Of a stretch of DNA of 64,000 nucleotides, positions 63,380-64,000 are shown piece by piece (the stretch's first letter is position 1; the number at the start of each line of letters is the position of its first letter). The notes below the pieces were generated by a model. It ran no database searches. It had not been told where the DNA came from and worked only from the letters and a program-made list of their open reading frames with translations. Where the stretch lies: contig OZ024760.1 in NCBI GenBank assembly GCA_964016885.1, forward strand, positions 25,234,001 through 25,298,000, read 5' to 3'. The DNA is from Eledone cirrhosa. Taxonomy: Eukaryota. Made by a program: the position numbers and the translations under genes.

Positions 63380-64000
63380 TCATTACCACCATCACCATCA
63401 ACACCACAACACTCCCCATTACCACCATCACCATCAACGCCACAACACTCCCCATTATCACCATCATCATCAACGCCACAACAACTCCCCATTATCACCA
63501 TCATCATCAACACCACAACACGCGCCATTATCGCCATCAACGCCACAACCATCCCCATTATCACCATCACCATCAACGCCACAACACTCCCCATTACCTC
63601 CATCACCATCAACACCACAACACTCCCCATTACCACCATCACCATCAACACCACAACACGCGCCATTATCACCATCATCATCAACGCCACAACACTCCCC
63701 ATTATCACCATCAACACCACAACCATCCCCATTATCACCATCACCATCAACGCCACAACACTCCCCATTACCTCCATCACCATCAACACCACAACACTCC
63801 CCATTATCACCATCAACGCCACAACCATCCCCATTATCACCATCACCATCAACGCCACAACACGCGCCATTATCACCATCATCATCAACGCCACAACCAT
63901 CCCCATTACCACCATCACCATCAACGCCACAACACTCCCCATTACCACCATCACCATCAACACCACAACACTCGCCATTACCACCATCACCATCGACACC
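63380..64000. repeat. 36/30-bp minisatellite built on CAC/CAT/CAA triplets, running off the window
   Basis: cattaccaccatcaccatcaacaccacaacactccc. Confidence 0.9.

Overview
Repeat-saturated, AT-rich eukaryotic non-genic DNA, most likely from an octopod cephalopod (inferred from the recurrent tRNA-derived SINE with the core 'ctttgcctttcatccttacggggtcgataaaataaagtaccagt' and very long (TA)n tracts). No host protein-coding gene can be supported; nearly all ORF-track entries are microsatellite translations. Recognisable coding relics are all transposon-derived: Penelope-like elements (PLEs; Neptune-type and Naiad-type GIY-YIG), RTE and CR1 LINEs, a CRE-like RLE fragment and a mariner. The main signal is a hammerhead-ribozyme (HHR) system embedded in (TA)n. 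Two retrozyme-like tandem arrays (469-bp and 466-bp monomers, 26.6-32.7 kb) carry 11 intact minimal type I HHRs and each flips orientation inside HHR stem II. About eight other families, including the PLE relics, share one architecture: two head-to-head arms, both 3' ends fused to (TA)n, one arm ending at a proximal site and the other extended by a ~55-130 nt tail, with 5' junctions often at the HHR. All alignments and folds were made by eye; no database search or folding program was run.
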